Positions 40,874 through 56,750 are shown, counted from the whole stretch's first letter. The stretch is 63,828 nucleotides of DNA, filler included, from Atractiella rhizophila (GCA_021432655.1; 12 parts of 8 records of this genome joined end to end with filler, not necessarily neighbours in it); one strand, 5' to 3'. The notes: generated by a model from the letters alone, not told the origin. Program-made: numbers and translations.

Positions 40874-43800
40874 ATGACAGTTCCCGCTTTCGGGGATTCA
40901 ATACCTGTACGTTTCCTTTCCCTTCTGAGACTTCACTAACACCAATAACAGGTATTCTCGCTCCCCTTGGTAGTCCTAGCGATTAGCACCCTTAGTGCCC
41001 ACCTTCCACGACCCAAATTTCTCTCTCCCTTCGTCTCTGACGAAGCAATACCTCCTCACCTCCAGCCAGGCTTCCCAACATTCACTCTTTCCCGTGCATC
41101 TGTATGGAAAGTGCTCCTGCTCCTTCTCACACTGCTAGTCAACATAACCATTCACACCCATGCGATCTTGGTTCGTTTGAAGGGTAAGGGTGAAGGAAGA
41201 TTTGGGGAGGATGAAGTCGCCATTGCCGTATATCTCCTAGAGGTCGTTTACATTTTGGCTTCCCTACCGTTGCCGAAACTCCCTTTTCCACTCTTTCTAG
41301 GATTGATAGTTCAATGCTTCATCGAGGTTCAAGAGGGACTTCCAGGACTGATCATTTCGCTCGTCTTACTTGCTTCCTTGCCACTGCAGGAATTCATTCC
41401 TCCTCCTCCCTGTTCTGGCCATGCAGGAGGAGAGGAAATACCTAGTCCCAAGCATTGTGCAGGGGAAGACTATCGTACAGTATGGGGATACTTCTTTGTC
41501 ACTTGGTCTGCCCTTCTATCTCTCCTCGTAACGCTGTTTGTTTGTATACTCATTGACTGCTCGACGACGGAGTTCAGGTTCTCGCCGCTCGTCTCCTACG
41601 CTTCCGCAGCCGGTTCCCTCTCACCGTCGGATATCCCTCCCCTCCCCGGTTCGCTACGACACACCGCTCTGTTTGGGGCCTGGTCCACAGCTCCATCAAC
41701 GTCAAATGTGGATCGAAAATTGATCTACCGCATCCTGGCGCTTAACCGTTTCACCATCATCTCCGGCGTCTTCCTCCGTCTGCTATCGACTCTCGTTTCC
41801 TTCGCTTCTCCTTATTTCATGCAGAAGATATTGGAGGAGTTGTCGCGAGAGGAACCCGAACGTGTGCTGGCTTTCAGATACGCAGCGCTTTCTTTGGGCT
41901 GTGGGATGGCCAAGGCAGTGGTCAACAATAGGTTCATGGAAGTCATTCGGATCTTGATGGTTCAGGGCCACAGTGTTATGCGAGGTGGTCCGTTAAGCTT
42001 CCGTTCTATCTGACACTGCAACTAATCTTCTTGAATTCGTCATCCAGAAATATATCGTAAAGCCCTGAAACGGAAAGACTTCTCGTGTGCAGCGGACGAG
42101 AAGAGAAAGGCGTCACAGGGTAGGTCCTTCCTTCGCTTTAATGACATGAAGAGTTCGATGCATTGTTTGATGCAGGGAAGACCATCAACCTGATGGCCAT
42201 CGACTCTGACAGAGCAGCAGGTATTGCTTTCTTCGCAATTAATAGGATCGAGGCACCAGCATTCCTGGTGATAGGCATCGTCTACCTTTATAAGTAAGCA
42301 ACAGATTCTCCAGTGAAAATACGCCTGTACATGTCGCGGTTAGCTTGTTAGGCTATAGTGCCCTCATTGGAGCAACGTTTGCATTCGCCTCTGCCGGAGC
42401 AAGCAAGTTAGTAATGAACCAGTACCAAAACGTCTGTATTTCCCCCCCCCCTGGCTCGTGCCTTGTGCATTTACTCAGTGAAATTGAATAGTTAGTGCAA
42501 ATATCTAACAAAGTGAAAGATCAGTGTGTTGTTGTCATCACAGGAGAGGAGTACATATACTGATTAATTGGTTGGCTTAGGCGAATGACAAAAATGAACG
42601 AGCTCATTCACTCTATCCGGCATCTTAAATGGTTTGCATGGGAGGACGAACAAGCGAAAGAGGTGATGAAGGTTTGTAATTCACTCTTCTCTACTTCGTA
42701 ATTTCGGCGATTTCATGTTTCGATTGGTAGGTAAGGGAGAAGGAGCTCAGAGTCGCCTTTGCCATGAGGATCTGGAACGGAACTATGGGTGCGATTTGGT
42801 ATGCTGGACATTTCCAGTTACAAATTATCGGGCGTCTGTACTCATGCAGTTTATGGTGGTAGGGGTTTAACGATGCCTGGAGTTCTGTTCATTTCTTTCC
42901 TGGGTTTTGTGAAATTGCAGGGTCAAGAGCTAACGTCCGTCTCTCCTCCTATGCTTCCATTTACAAAGTAATCCTGTCCTTTAGGGTGCCTGTCTCTTTC
43001 ACCGCCTTCGTTATCTTCAACATGCTCGAAGCTCCGGTCTACCTGCTCTCCCAAGGTCTCATGCAGATGATCATGGTATACGCTTCCGTGCCACGTATTG
43101 ATGCTTTCTTGAGAGAAAATGAGGTCGATTCGGACCTCGAGAAGACGATGCAGGGCACGGTTGGGTTCAAAAACGCCTCTTTCGATTATGAACAAGATGG
43201 TAGATTCAAGCTCATGGATCTCGACGTAGAGTTCAAAGAAGGCTTGAACCTGGTCGTTGGGCTGTCTGGCAGCGGGAAAACAAGCTTGCTTCTCGCACTC
43301 CTTGGCGGTCCGTGGCTCCATTTTCCTTTATCATTCTTTGTTGAGATATGGTGTGCAGAGCTTCGACAGATAGAAGGAGAGCGATTCCTCCCTCGATATA
43401 ACGAACCCCTCAATCCAGAAACCGGATTATACAACGGAACGGCTTACGCTTCTCAGACTCCTTGGCTGCAACATGCAACTATCAGAGACAACATTCTGTT
43501 CGGAAACGAGTATGAAGAAAAGCGATACAAAGAGGTCTTGAAAGCCTGTGCATTGGAGAAAGATTTGGAGATTCTGCCCAGCGGTGACTTAACAGGTTTG
43601 CCTTCCTCGTTCATGGTGATGGGGTGTTAATCTTGTTCGGAACCAGAAATCGGAGAGAAGGGCATATCACTCAGTGGTGGTCAAAAGGCTAGGGTATCTC
43701 TCGCGCGTGCTTTCTACTCGAGGAGTCGAATCCTTCTTTGCGACGATCCCATCTCCGCCCTCGATACACATGTTGCTTCTACTATCGTCAAGTCGTTCGA

Positions 43801-44485
43801 TTCTCAGCTGATGAACGGCCGTACTATTGTTCGTTCTTATTTTCTCCTTTTGTACGGTACTGAGCAGCAAACACAGATCCTGATCACCCATGCCGTAGAC
43901 CTGTGTCTCCCGCTCGCTGCGTTCTTAGTTACCATGTCTGAAGGACGCATCATCCTTCAAGAAAACGTGGAGAACATGAAGAAAGGCGGGGATGCACAAG
44001 GAAAATTGCAAGAAGTCTTGAAGACAGAAGAATCCATCAACATGGCCATTCATGAAGGTTTCACCAATGGTTGGGTGCCGACACCTCCTGATGTTGTAGC
44101 GAAGAAGGCGGGATTATTGGTAGCGCAAGAAAAGAAAGCTCAAGGCTCCGTAGCTTGGCCTATCTATCATGCGTACGTGAAAGTAAGTGGCCGTATTGCA
44201 ACTGACGCCGTACTGACGTGATATACAGTCAGCTGGATACTGGCTGTGGCTTATTGTTCTCATCTGCTTGTTAGCGAGGGTTTGGTCAGGTAATGTGACA
44301 CCGTCTTCTGCTATGCTATTTCGCTTACACGAACCCAGAAACGGCTGTTCAATATTTTCTGAAGATTTGGGGCGAAGCGTACGGTCCAATCGACAAAAGT
44401 ACAACTTGGAGCCACATTAGCCCATTGAAGAGCAAAACTGCTGAGAAAAACAGTGTTCCTTGGGGTTTACCCGACCCGCGAGAGA
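40874..44485 (+). CDS. ABCC/MRP-family transporter, tandem paralog copy 2, 3' partial
   Basis: Same exon layout as copy 1; [17 protein letters not shown]. Confidence 0.93.
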
Positions 44486-44585
44486 NNNNNNNNNNNNNNN
44501 NNNNNNNNNNNNNNNNNNNNNNNNNNNNNTTAATTAATTAANNNNNNNNNNNNNNNNNNNNNNNNNNNNNNNNNNNNNNNNNNNN

Positions 44586-45083
44586 GTAGCGAGACCGAGG
44601 AGGGTAGCCAAAGGTACGATAGCTGCAAAGCTTGTGAAGAAGACGACTGTAGCCGATTGATGCGAAAGGGCGAGGGCCCATGAGACCGGGATGAAAACGA
44701 GAAGGACGTTCAGGTACGAATAACGGATCGTATTCTTCAATGATGTTTTCCACCCCGGAGAAGGCCCAATCTTATGCGCGGGTGAAAAGAAAGTCGATAT
44801 CGCGGTTTTGCCATCTTGTACAGTTTGAGCTTGGATGGGGGCAGGAACGCTTGTAGTTGACTTTGTGATAGTCAGAACGTCTTCATCGGGTGAGATGTTT
44901 TGTTTGACTTCGTGCGCAAGAAGATTGGGACTACTGAGGGGAGTCGTGGGTGGTAGTCTTGTGATATTCAGAGCATCATCATTTATAGACGAAATATCAG
45001 GAGCTGTGAGTATTCAATAAGTATCAACCCCTTCGCCACATGTATATGTGAAGGCGAGGGCAGTGTCACGTACGGTGATTCAT
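44586..45083 (-). CDS. VCX1: Vacuolar Ca2+/H+ antiporter, N-terminus
   Basis: SYLNVLLVFIPVSWAL...FFTSFAAIVPLATLLGLA; probable 10-nt first exon ATGAATCACC|gtacgt. Confidence 0.85.
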
Positions 45084-46556
45084 AAATGTAGGGGAGATTG
45101 AGCGTAGAAACGTCAAGTGAAGAATAACTTGATAAAGCCTGACAATGTCGAGCGTTGGGACGCGTGCGTCTCAAGGGAAAGAGACACGGCTCAGTACTCT
45201 TTTATGCCTTGCCGGGACAAGTGACAAGGACCTTGGCTGGGATTTCAAATTTCAATTATCGCTGCCACTCCAGCAACCTGCGTCATGGGCCCAGACTTCG
45301 TTCGGCATGGATGTCGGACAGTTTGACTACTGCTTTGACAAGTCAAATTGTGACAAATCATCCGACCTGGCTCGCGGTCTGGGGATTTCATTTCCAGTGC
45401 AGGTCTCTCGTGCTCTCGTGGTTCCCACACCAGGACAATCATCTCATAACTTAGAAAGACAAGGGCTCAGTCCTTTAGGCTATCCCTGCTTGTTCTTAGT
45501 CAATAGGCTTCTTACAGTGGTCGTAACAACTTTCGAAGCAATTAGGCAATTAGGATTAAAGCAGAAATTCCAAGCTCTGGTTGAAGCTAGCTGGACTAAA
45601 TGTTCACTTCAGGCTGTCATGAAAACTACTATTGAATGTCAACTTCAAAGTCAACAGTAGCATATGAAGTAGCATTTTCGCTCGAAACTAAAAAAAAGGT
45701 GAGGTTCTCCTTTTCATTCAATCAAATGTGATTTTGTGACCAGTCTTGTTGGATGTTTTAGGAAAAACAGGCACCTGAGCCTAGGACATGATCTGTCACT
45801 GAGACAAGCATCAATGCAGCGTGGAGAAGCGAGCAAGTGCAAAGTGTCAAGATATCTTATTGTCTCTCGCTTCTAATACTGTAGGTTTACGGCTCGTAGC
45901 TCTCCTCTTGGAGTCTCAACCCAAATAATAAACGAGTTGTGGTCCACTCACTAACGTCCCTGACCTCTTTTTCTGTTAACATTAACACACCACTGTATTA
46001 CGCTATTAAGCATGCTACGACTCCGCCTCTTTCGCTCCCTCTGGTTCCGGATCATCATATCCCGTTAGATTAGGATCTCTAGGCCTGTCAGGTACTGTAG
46101 AAGCGTCGATTAGATCCACATTGTTTGTGAGCGACGAAGGACTGACAAGGATACGTTTTTGGGACTGGAGGAGGTGGGAAATAGCCCAAATTCCTCCGCA
46201 CCGGGGGAACGACGGCGAGCATGACAGGACCTGTCAGTTTTGGATTTAACAAAGACAACAGCGCGAGGAGAAACACAAACCTGCGCAACCTATCACAATT
46301 GACCAGTAGGCGGTCGGGCTCTCCATCGCATACCGGTGCTTTCCATCCAAATCAGCATGGATAACATAATAATATGGAGACTGGTAAGCTTACCAGGCGA
46401 GCATAAGTCTTTTGAAAGGGCCGGAAAATGAACGAAGCCATGGTGGTGTTGTTTGCTGTTTTGCCGGAACCGAGGGTGAGACTTCCGCATTGAAACAGGT
46501 GAAACGACGAGGAGCCTCAACAATTTCGCAGGGATTTCATTGGCTTCATTTGCAAG

Positions 46557-47706
46557 ATGGCTGCCTCTCAGATTGAAGGCGTCGACTCGAAAGTAAAACT
46601 GGACTTGCGCGGAAGGAGGTTCACGTTGGAGCGGGACAGTCTGATGGAACTTCCTGAGAGCGTCCTCCTATGTCTCTTTCCAAACGGGGTCGTACTCAGT
46701 TCGCAACGCGCTCAAGGAGGTGAGATGGATGGAGCGGAAGAGGAGGAAGAGGAGGTTTATTATGTCGATGTGTGTGATTCCTCTCCTTTCCGCCATGTGG
46801 GTTTGTGGAGATGACACGGTTCGAAGTTCGATGGTCCTTGTCTCGATTTCATCCTCAACTTCTTCCTTCAAGCAAAGGAAGACTTCTATGGCCCACCGTC
46901 TGCACCCACACGCCCAAATCGTGATTTCTCCGACCCAGCAGCCGCATCCAATCCCTTGTTCCACAAGCAAGCGATTATTGTCCTTCGAGAGGAGCTGGAG
47001 TACTTCGCCATTCCTCCTAAGAAACCGACGGACGGCACTGCAATCACGGAGGACTTTCCGAGCACCGATGACGAAGGACTGCCCAACAAAGGACTGCCAA
47101 ATTTGAAGAAGGAATGCGGACAGCAGCTTCTGGAGCGCAAGTCCATCTTTACCGCACTCCAGAGGAATGTGAATAGGGAAAACAACTTGGCGGAGCAGCA
47201 TCTCATCGATATGCTTTGCATGAGGTTCGTTGACCTTCCCTCTAACCTGTCGTGTCGCATGCTGAAGTAAGACCGCGGACTGCGTTGTAGTGGCTTTGAT
47301 CGCGCAGACGAATGGGGATACCGATCTCTCGAGCCCAACAGATGCTGCATTGCTTCCATAGCTCTCGTCCTTCTCAAGACTGGCATCGGCCAACCACCTG
47401 AAGGATCCGATCCGAACACGGAAGAAGGACAACCCCCTGTGAACGCTCAGCAGCTTGCCACCGCTCAGAAACTTCTTCTTTTCTGGAGAAAACCCGCCGT
47501 TCGTATTTTGTTCTCCATGTACACGCAGGGCTGAAGTGTTTTGTTGATGTAGAGGAAATGTTGGTGGGATGCGACTGAGATTGAGTTGCCGTCGATGGGG
47601 AAAGTGATCAAAGTTTGGGCCAGACGTGTCTGGACGTTGGAGTTATCTCTCGTTCGTCATCCCTTTGTTCTCGTCCTAGTATTGACTCCGGGGGTCGCAG
47701 ATATAA
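46557..47706 (+). CDS. WHI2: Whi2-like BTB/POZ growth regulator
   Basis: LDLRGRRFTLERDSLMELPESVLLCLFPNG, IIVLREELEYF, EQHLIDMLC, LLLFWRKPA|RKCWWD, WARRVWTLELS. Confidence 0.9.
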
Positions 47707-48152
47707 TCAGGGTAAAGAACGACGGGCTGGCCACGAATGTCTCTGTCTTTGATGACTAATATTTATTCTGCATCCATCGCGACATTCACTCTTATCTTCT
47801 ACCTACTTCTTTCGTCCATATACCCCCAATAAACAACCCACCACCTAGCAGTGATTCGAGCTTTCTCATCTTTCCTCTTCTGCTCTCTCTCGGCTCAGAT
47901 AGCACATTTCTCCTTTCCATATCCTCCCTCCTTCAGATTTCATCCAATTTCTCCATTTGATTGGTCTGTCATATCAATTCCAAGGTTCAGATATTGTGAC
48001 TCTGTGCAATCCATTGGTGTCGGGCAAACTTAGGAGGTCACTTCCCTTCGCACGAAACTGGACTGATGCGGCCTTTGAGAAACAAACGAAATCTTTACAC
48101 CCAACGACAATTTACCCACATCTATTCAGCTTAACTATCCTGTGATTTCCTT

Positions 48153-49765
48153 TTACGACTCATAACCCTCAGGATGACCCTTTTGCCAATTCCAAAGATC
48201 CCTAGCAAGAGCGCGAGGTAAGAATCTCACAGACCTGAATTAGCAAGAAAAGCGCACCGGCACATTGTTTCCAAGTCCTTCTTAGCCTTAAAACCTAGTT
48301 CCTTCTCCGCCAAACTCGGGTCAGCGATAAGGGAGGGAACGTCTCCCGCTCTCCGTGGTCCGACTTCATAGGTGAAGTTGACGCCAGTTGCCTTCTTCAT
48401 GGCCTCGATGATGCCGATAGCGCTCACCCCGTTCCCAGTTCCGAGATTGTACGCCTTGTACTTCCCTTTGCCAATGCCGAAACCGAGATCGCGAGATGGA
48501 GTGGAGAAGATGGAATGCCTCTCGTTCGAGGGATCGAGCGCTTGAAGAGCCAGAGTGTGCCCATCCGCTAACTCCATTACATGCAAGTAGTCTCGAACAG
48601 CGGATCCGTCTCTGCCCAGATGCCGTGAACCTTCATAAGGAAACAAAGAGGAGAAACAAACGGAGTGGGATAATCGGTTCCAAACACTTTGAGAGGTGAT
48701 TCGGTGTACTTGCCCTGTGCTCTTGAAGCAAGGAGAGGGAGGAGGTTGAGAGGCTTTCCACGAGGAGCTTCTCCCACCAGTCCAGATTCATGCGCACCTG
48801 ACATTACGATCAGCTAGCATCCAGAGACATTGAAGATTGGGACGGACCAGCAGGATTGAAGTAGCGCAGACCGATGCCGTGCCAGAGATCAGGGTGAGCA
48901 TCGCACACGTCCTTGATCATCACCTCGCCCATAAACTTCGTCCTTGCATATACAGATTGCGGGATCAATGGCATGTCCTCCGTGATGGGCATCTTCTCTG
49001 GTTCCCCATATACGGTAGCTGAAGAGGAGTAGACGATATTGTAGCACTTATAAGCGCTCATGGCCTAGACATACCCTCCAATAACCCCCCCAAAACAAAA
49101 GAAAGAAACGCACCTCGAGAATGTTGACGAGACCAGTCATGTTGTTCCTGAAATATTGCACAGGCTTCTCCATGCTCTCTCCCACAGCCTTGTGTGCCGC
49201 AATGTGGACGACTCCCCAAATGCCTCCCTTGCCTTCATAAGATTTGAAAACACCCTCGACTTCTGCTCTTTCAGCTAAATCCACGGAATGCACGTCGATC
49301 TTGGGTTCAGGGGAGTTGGGAAGAAGTTTAGCGGCAAGGGAGCTGATGGAGGCAGTAGCTTTTGAGGACGAGTTGTAGTAGCTGATTGTAGATCAAAAAG
49401 CATCAGCAGGTTCAGAAAAAGGTGCAAGAGGAAGTGTACTTGTCAATGATTACGACATCATATTTTTGCGTGAGGAGAAGCGAGAGGACGACGTGCGATG
49501 CTGCGAGCAGCCCATGAGATTTATTCTAGCTTTCAACGAGCTCTATACCAATGTATCCCGTTCCTATATTGTCAAAATCAACATAAAAAACTACAAGAAG
49601 CAATAGGCGGCGCACCACCGGTCTATGAAGCAATTGAGGGAGGGAGAGCCTTGATCAGGAACAGAAATCTGCCGGGTCAGATCAACTTACAACTGTGCCA
49701 GAGCATCAAACAACATCACGGTTGAATCTGGTGAAGCACAGACCTAATACTCTCTGTTTAGCCAT
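48153..49765 (-). CDS. GAL10: UDP-glucose 4-epimerase
   Basis: VTGGTGYIASH (built from microexons), [49 protein letters not shown]. Confidence 0.97.
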
Positions 49766-49887
49766 TTCAGAGCGTTATCTATGCGTTCTAGACCTGTTCC
49801 TGATGCTTTTCAATGTTCTCGATGAGATCGCTGATGGTTGTTTTTGAGTTTCAACTTCTACAACTCCACAAAAATTTATCAACGACC

Positions 49888-51456
49888 ATGTCTTCTCCAG
49901 AGGTTGCTCAGATAGTCTCAAAAGCCCAAGATCTCATCACAGCATGCGAATACGATTTAGCGCACAAATTTTTACTTCGAGCAAAGGAAACGCTTGAAAA
50001 AGCTGGAGGAGCAAGTGCGGAGGAGCAGAGGAAAGAACTGATCGCTGTGCTGGAATTGCTTGGGGAGGCGGAGCTGGAGTTAGGATTACCAGATGAAGCT
50101 AAAGAGGTCCGTTCTTAGCTTTGCGAGGGTTTGCGAATGGATCTGTGTTCTCAAAATTTTGTACCTTTCGAGCACCATGCCGATTGTGCACTGTTGAGTG
50201 CCTGATATTCTCTGAAATATGTGCGTTTGCTCACAAAATGCGGTTCGTCTTTGAAGTTTTACAGCGAAGAGATTCGAGTCTGAACATAAACTCATTTCCT
50301 TGAACCTTGGCGCTGAAATGCCAGAAGCCTGTCTGTCGATTTCCAGCCATTGCACTTGGCAAGTAGCACGTAAATCTCATCGAGGGGCAAATTTTTTTTT
50401 ACTGTCTGTCGCATTTGTGTGAATATGTTTCTGATTCTGCCTACAGCGTTTCCAGCAATCGATTTCTCTTTCCTCTTCTCTACCACTTTCCGAACAGTCA
50501 TCATCAAGTCATCTCAACCTTGCCCAACTTTCTGATAAAGCTCAAGAGGCAATGGAACACTATCGCCATGCATTATCCATCCTTAAATCGACATTCAAGC
50601 CTTATCCTACACCGGCTCCGGAAGAGATGCAAGATCTGGAGGAACAAGAGTTAACAGAAGAAGAAGAAGCTGAACTGGAAGCGCGTCAGATGGCGGCGAA
50701 ATGTCTCGTAGGCATGACAGAGCTCTACCTTACTGATCTATGCTTCGAACCAGAAGCGGAAGAAAAGTGCGAGCAGTTCCTCCTAGAGGCAGTATCTATA
50801 TACGATGCCGACCCAGAAGTGTATCAGACTCTTGCATCTGTCCGTCTATCACAGCAGCGCCCAGACGAGGCACAACAGGCTATCGTGAAGTCCTGGTCAC
50901 TATGGCGAGACGATGACCCGACGGAGAACCCTCCTCCTCCTTTCCCGTCGCGGATAGCCATGACAAGGATGTTGATCGAACTTGAGCTCTATCAGAGCGC
51001 ACTAGAGATATTAGATGGACTCGAAGCGGAAGATGACGAGGATGCGGAGGTGGCGTACCTAAAAGGATGGTGCTGGTTCCTTCGCGGAGAGACATGGGAT
51101 GAGAAGGAACATGATCAAGAACTGAGTGATGCATCAAAAGAGGAGGATGAGGAGTCGGAAAAGAAAGACGGAGAGGAAGAACGTGAACCTGACAACAAGG
51201 AGGAGTGCTATGAAGCAGCCCTCGAAGCGCTGAAAGCAGCAAAAAAGGTCTGTCTTGCTACCGTTTACTACCTCTCTGTGCGATGAAACTGATGATAAAT
51301 AAATGTTTGATACAGCTGAACGACAAAAATCCTCTTGAACCTGACATCTTTGAACACGTCGTGGAGTTAACGCAGACTCTCGAGCGCATGGGCATCAAAC
51401 CTCCAAAAGACGCCGAGCCAGAAGAGCAGCAGAATCAGGATGTAGAGATGAGCTGA
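49888..51456 (+). CDS. ACL4: TPR protein, Acl4-like (Rpl4 assembly chaperone)
   Basis: LAHKFLLRA, HLNLAQLS, MTELYLTDLCFEPEAEEKCE, QTLASVRLSQQR, YLKGWCW, acidic tail. Confidence 0.85.
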
Positions 51457-51960
51457 TAGTTTCTGATGTTCAATGGCATTGCACACCAGATTGCAAGGTT
51501 ACTAAACTGGGTAAACGGCTTGCTATTATGATGGCTTGTCTGCGACAGTGCTCCTTCCCAGTGCAGCCTTCTCGACAATTCTTTTCTGTCGGAACAACTC
51601 CTTTATCACCTTTTTCAGCCACATCGCTCCTCTTGCTGGCAAACGCGTAGTTGTAATTGGCGATGCACTCAGGAGAGCATGCGGCTGAAAATAATGGATG
51701 AACATTTTGGCAATTCTCAAAAACTTGATGTGCGAAACAATGAAAGAGGTTATGTTACCTCTGCTCACCCCTTTTACGCCAGCATCTTTTGATCTCAGAG
51801 GTTGAGATCCATGTTCGTTCTTGATCGATTACAAGTAGTACACGTCCGACGAAACATTCATTGGTACATCCAGATGGGTTTTGAATTTGGTAGACTACAT
51901 TTTGTTGGCTTTTCTATCCTTTTCTTCACTTTTCTCCATCCAATGGCACGTTCACATTAC

Positions 51961-53912
<1,952 letters not shown>

Positions 53913-54138
53913 AGCTTGTTCGGTAGAATGGATCTGTTGATGGGGAGGTAAAGATCGGTAGGTATAAATATGTTTCTGCCTCAAGCAAGGAGAAAGGGCT
54001 TCGGTTGAAAGCTACTTCGCTCGCTCACCGGTGAGGTCATTCAATCAATGAACGTGATAAGACGCGATTTGAGATTCAAGCAGACAAAAGCGCGTTGCAA
54101 GCACCCAAGCATCCATAAGAGTTCATACATATAATACA

Positions 54139-55103
54139 TCACTCTTCCATCTCTTCATCCTCCTCATTAACGACTTCAAACTCCTTTACAATAGTGTCAT
54201 TCGTTTTTTTGTATCCATTGTTTTTGAACACTTTGGAATTCAAGAATGGTCTCACATCGAAGATATCTAGCTCTTTCACCTATGCTCTTTGTCAGCCATA
54301 GCTTCCCAACGATCAAGCAAAGGACGCACTCTGTCTTCGAGTTCCGTAATCTTAACAACTACAGAGGTTGGATCCTGCCTGTTCTTGATCTGATGATACC
54401 TGTACTTCTCCTTGACCAGTTGCCTACGGGACGTAACATCAATTAGCACCTGTACCCCTAGCAACCACGATGAAACAGCGTACCCAAGGATAAATGCCAG
54501 CAGCTCCTCTTGATCCTGACTTCTCTGAATGTACTTCCTAAAACCTCTCTCCAAGCTCTTCCTGATACTCGTCTTCTGAGCGTTCACAAAACTGCCCACC
54601 TCTACCTGGATTGCAAGGTTGACATCGTCGCTCCTGACATATTCTCGAAGGGCCATCTTCGCGGATGCTTCTGCAAGACGCATCGTACTTTCCAGATGTC
54701 GAACGGTGATAGGATAGGAGCCGGTCTGGAGCGATTCCCGCCTCAGTTCAGCGTAGAGTTTCGACAACTTTTCACGATCAATCTGCCCAAGCTTCGGCTG
54801 CACTCGCTCGCGCGCATACTGGATGTATTTCTTGAGTAGATCATGAGGAATAATCTAGTACTACGTCAGTGACCTGCTCTATCATCCAAAGGATGACCAA
54901 CGAACTTCAGCATCCTCCATGGTAGCTACACCAGCCTCATCTTCGGCCTCAAACTCGGGGTGACTTCTTGTATGAGAACCGACAACAAACTGGGCTAATC
55001 TCTCATCAGCGGCTGGGTCGACTGTGTCTCTGACGACGCAAAGAACATCAAAACGCGAAAGGATAGGTTCTGTAAGCTCGACGTTCTGCGAGAATGGTAT
55101 AGC
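54139..55103 (-). CDS. MCM2: DNA replication licensing factor Mcm2, C-terminal part
   Basis: [36 protein letters not shown]. Confidence 0.95.
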
Positions 55104-55203
55104 NNNNNNNNNNNNNNNNNNNNNNNNNNNNNNNNNNNNNNNNNNNNTTAATTAATTAANNNNNNNNNNNNNNNNNNNNNNNNNNNNNNNNNNNNNNNNN
55201 NNN

Positions 55204-56750
55204 CATATTCGAGCATCTCAACGCTGCACATCTGCGTCTCTCCTTCCCACTCTCCGTTCTTCAGCTCATATACGATGTCGTGCCATCCCTCTTGCAAACC
55301 TTCTCCCTCGATCTCATACCACCATCTATCCTTCCCTATGTCCGGTACGACCTCAAAATCCACTTCCTTCCCATCTAGTCGCACGCTAACCCAATCTCTT
55401 ACTGGAAAAGCAGAGATGCTGAACCTGAGCAAGCTCGAATCAAAGGTTCCAGTGCTGTAAAATCGGGTGCTCCATGCCTGGGTCGTGTTCAGGATGGTCC
55501 AAGCGTAGTCCTGCAAGGGCATGTTGGACCGTTCCACTCGGTCTGTGGATTCCGCAGTGTACCAATGCTTCCATGGAGTCGTAATCGAGGTGTTGTGGTG
55601 TGCGTTGACACCAAAGTAGGCCCATCCCCCGTCGTATTCCTCACCAACGGGGATGACGGAGTGGCCAAGCTCATGTCGCAGAATGAGCTTACCGTTGAAT
55701 GGTGAAGCCGTGATCGTTCTGTTGTCCCTTTTAGCTCAGCTAAACTCAAGAATTCAGAATACGAACGTGAATTCCCCTCCCAAACCTTCGAAGCTGTTCT
55801 GTCAGTGAACAACTTGGCAAAACACCACCTACCTCCATAAAGTGGGTCATTGCCTGCCATCCAACGTTCAGCGAACAGTGCGAATGGAAATATCAGCGAC
55901 GAACCAAGAAGAATAGGCTGATCGCACGCATCCCCTAACAGCGCACAAGCCTTTCGAGGCCTTTCTGGATGAGCGTACGTAACACCTCTAAGCTCTGTTC
56001 CTGGCCTGTACAGACCTGCCCATGTGTCCTTCGGCTTCCCATCAACCCCAATACCTCGCTAGGAGAATGCTCCTCATGTTAGAAATGACAATGATGAAGT
56101 AGAACGTCTACTGACCTCGTTTGAAGCAACAAAGGCGGCCCAGAAGTTGCTCAAAGGTGCGACTGCAGCGAAGGTCTGGTTGACGGCTATTTCGAGGGTA
56201 AGGTTCCTTGCATCAGCAATAAATTTATCCTTGTCTTCTTTCGTATCTATGCTCTCTTTCACTTTACGACAAGGAAAGAAAATAAAGACATACAGCCGTC
56301 GGCAAAGTAAACAAAGTCGAAGCGGTTACCAGGAGGACCCGATACGAGGAGCGGGATCAGCTCGACTTTTTCCTCTTCTTCTTCATCCAGATTGAGGAGT
56401 CCTGTCGTTTCTTGCTGTATCACTAGCTTCGAGGCCTCCTTTTCTTTATGAAGTGCAGGATGGACGATCATCCCCTCCTTCACCTGGAGATCAACAAAAG
56501 CTTCTCCGCACTCCCTCCTCGCTACATTCCACAGCACTTCTTCCTCCCGAGCATATATCACGATCCTCTCGCCGCCGGATAGAGAGAGAGAAGGGTCATC
56601 TTTATCATGATACACGGAGGAATGTTCAATGACGTATTGTTCGTTTCGGAGTGATTTGTGACCTTGAGCTGGGGTAAGAGAGGTTGGCTCGCAAGAATGG
56701 AGCACCAGCTTCAGCGCTGAAGGGAGGATGAGAAGCGGCGTCAAATGCAT
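55204..56750 (-). CDS. M64 (IgA peptidase-like) metallopeptidase, 3' partial
   Basis: SGPPGNRFDFVYFADG, NFWAAF, HELGH zinc motif at ~55662-55676, N-terminal hydrophobic signal. Confidence 0.85.

Noticed and set aside
51526..51768. 80-aa ORF between ACL4 and PGI1
   Set aside because: No recognisable motif or splice support.
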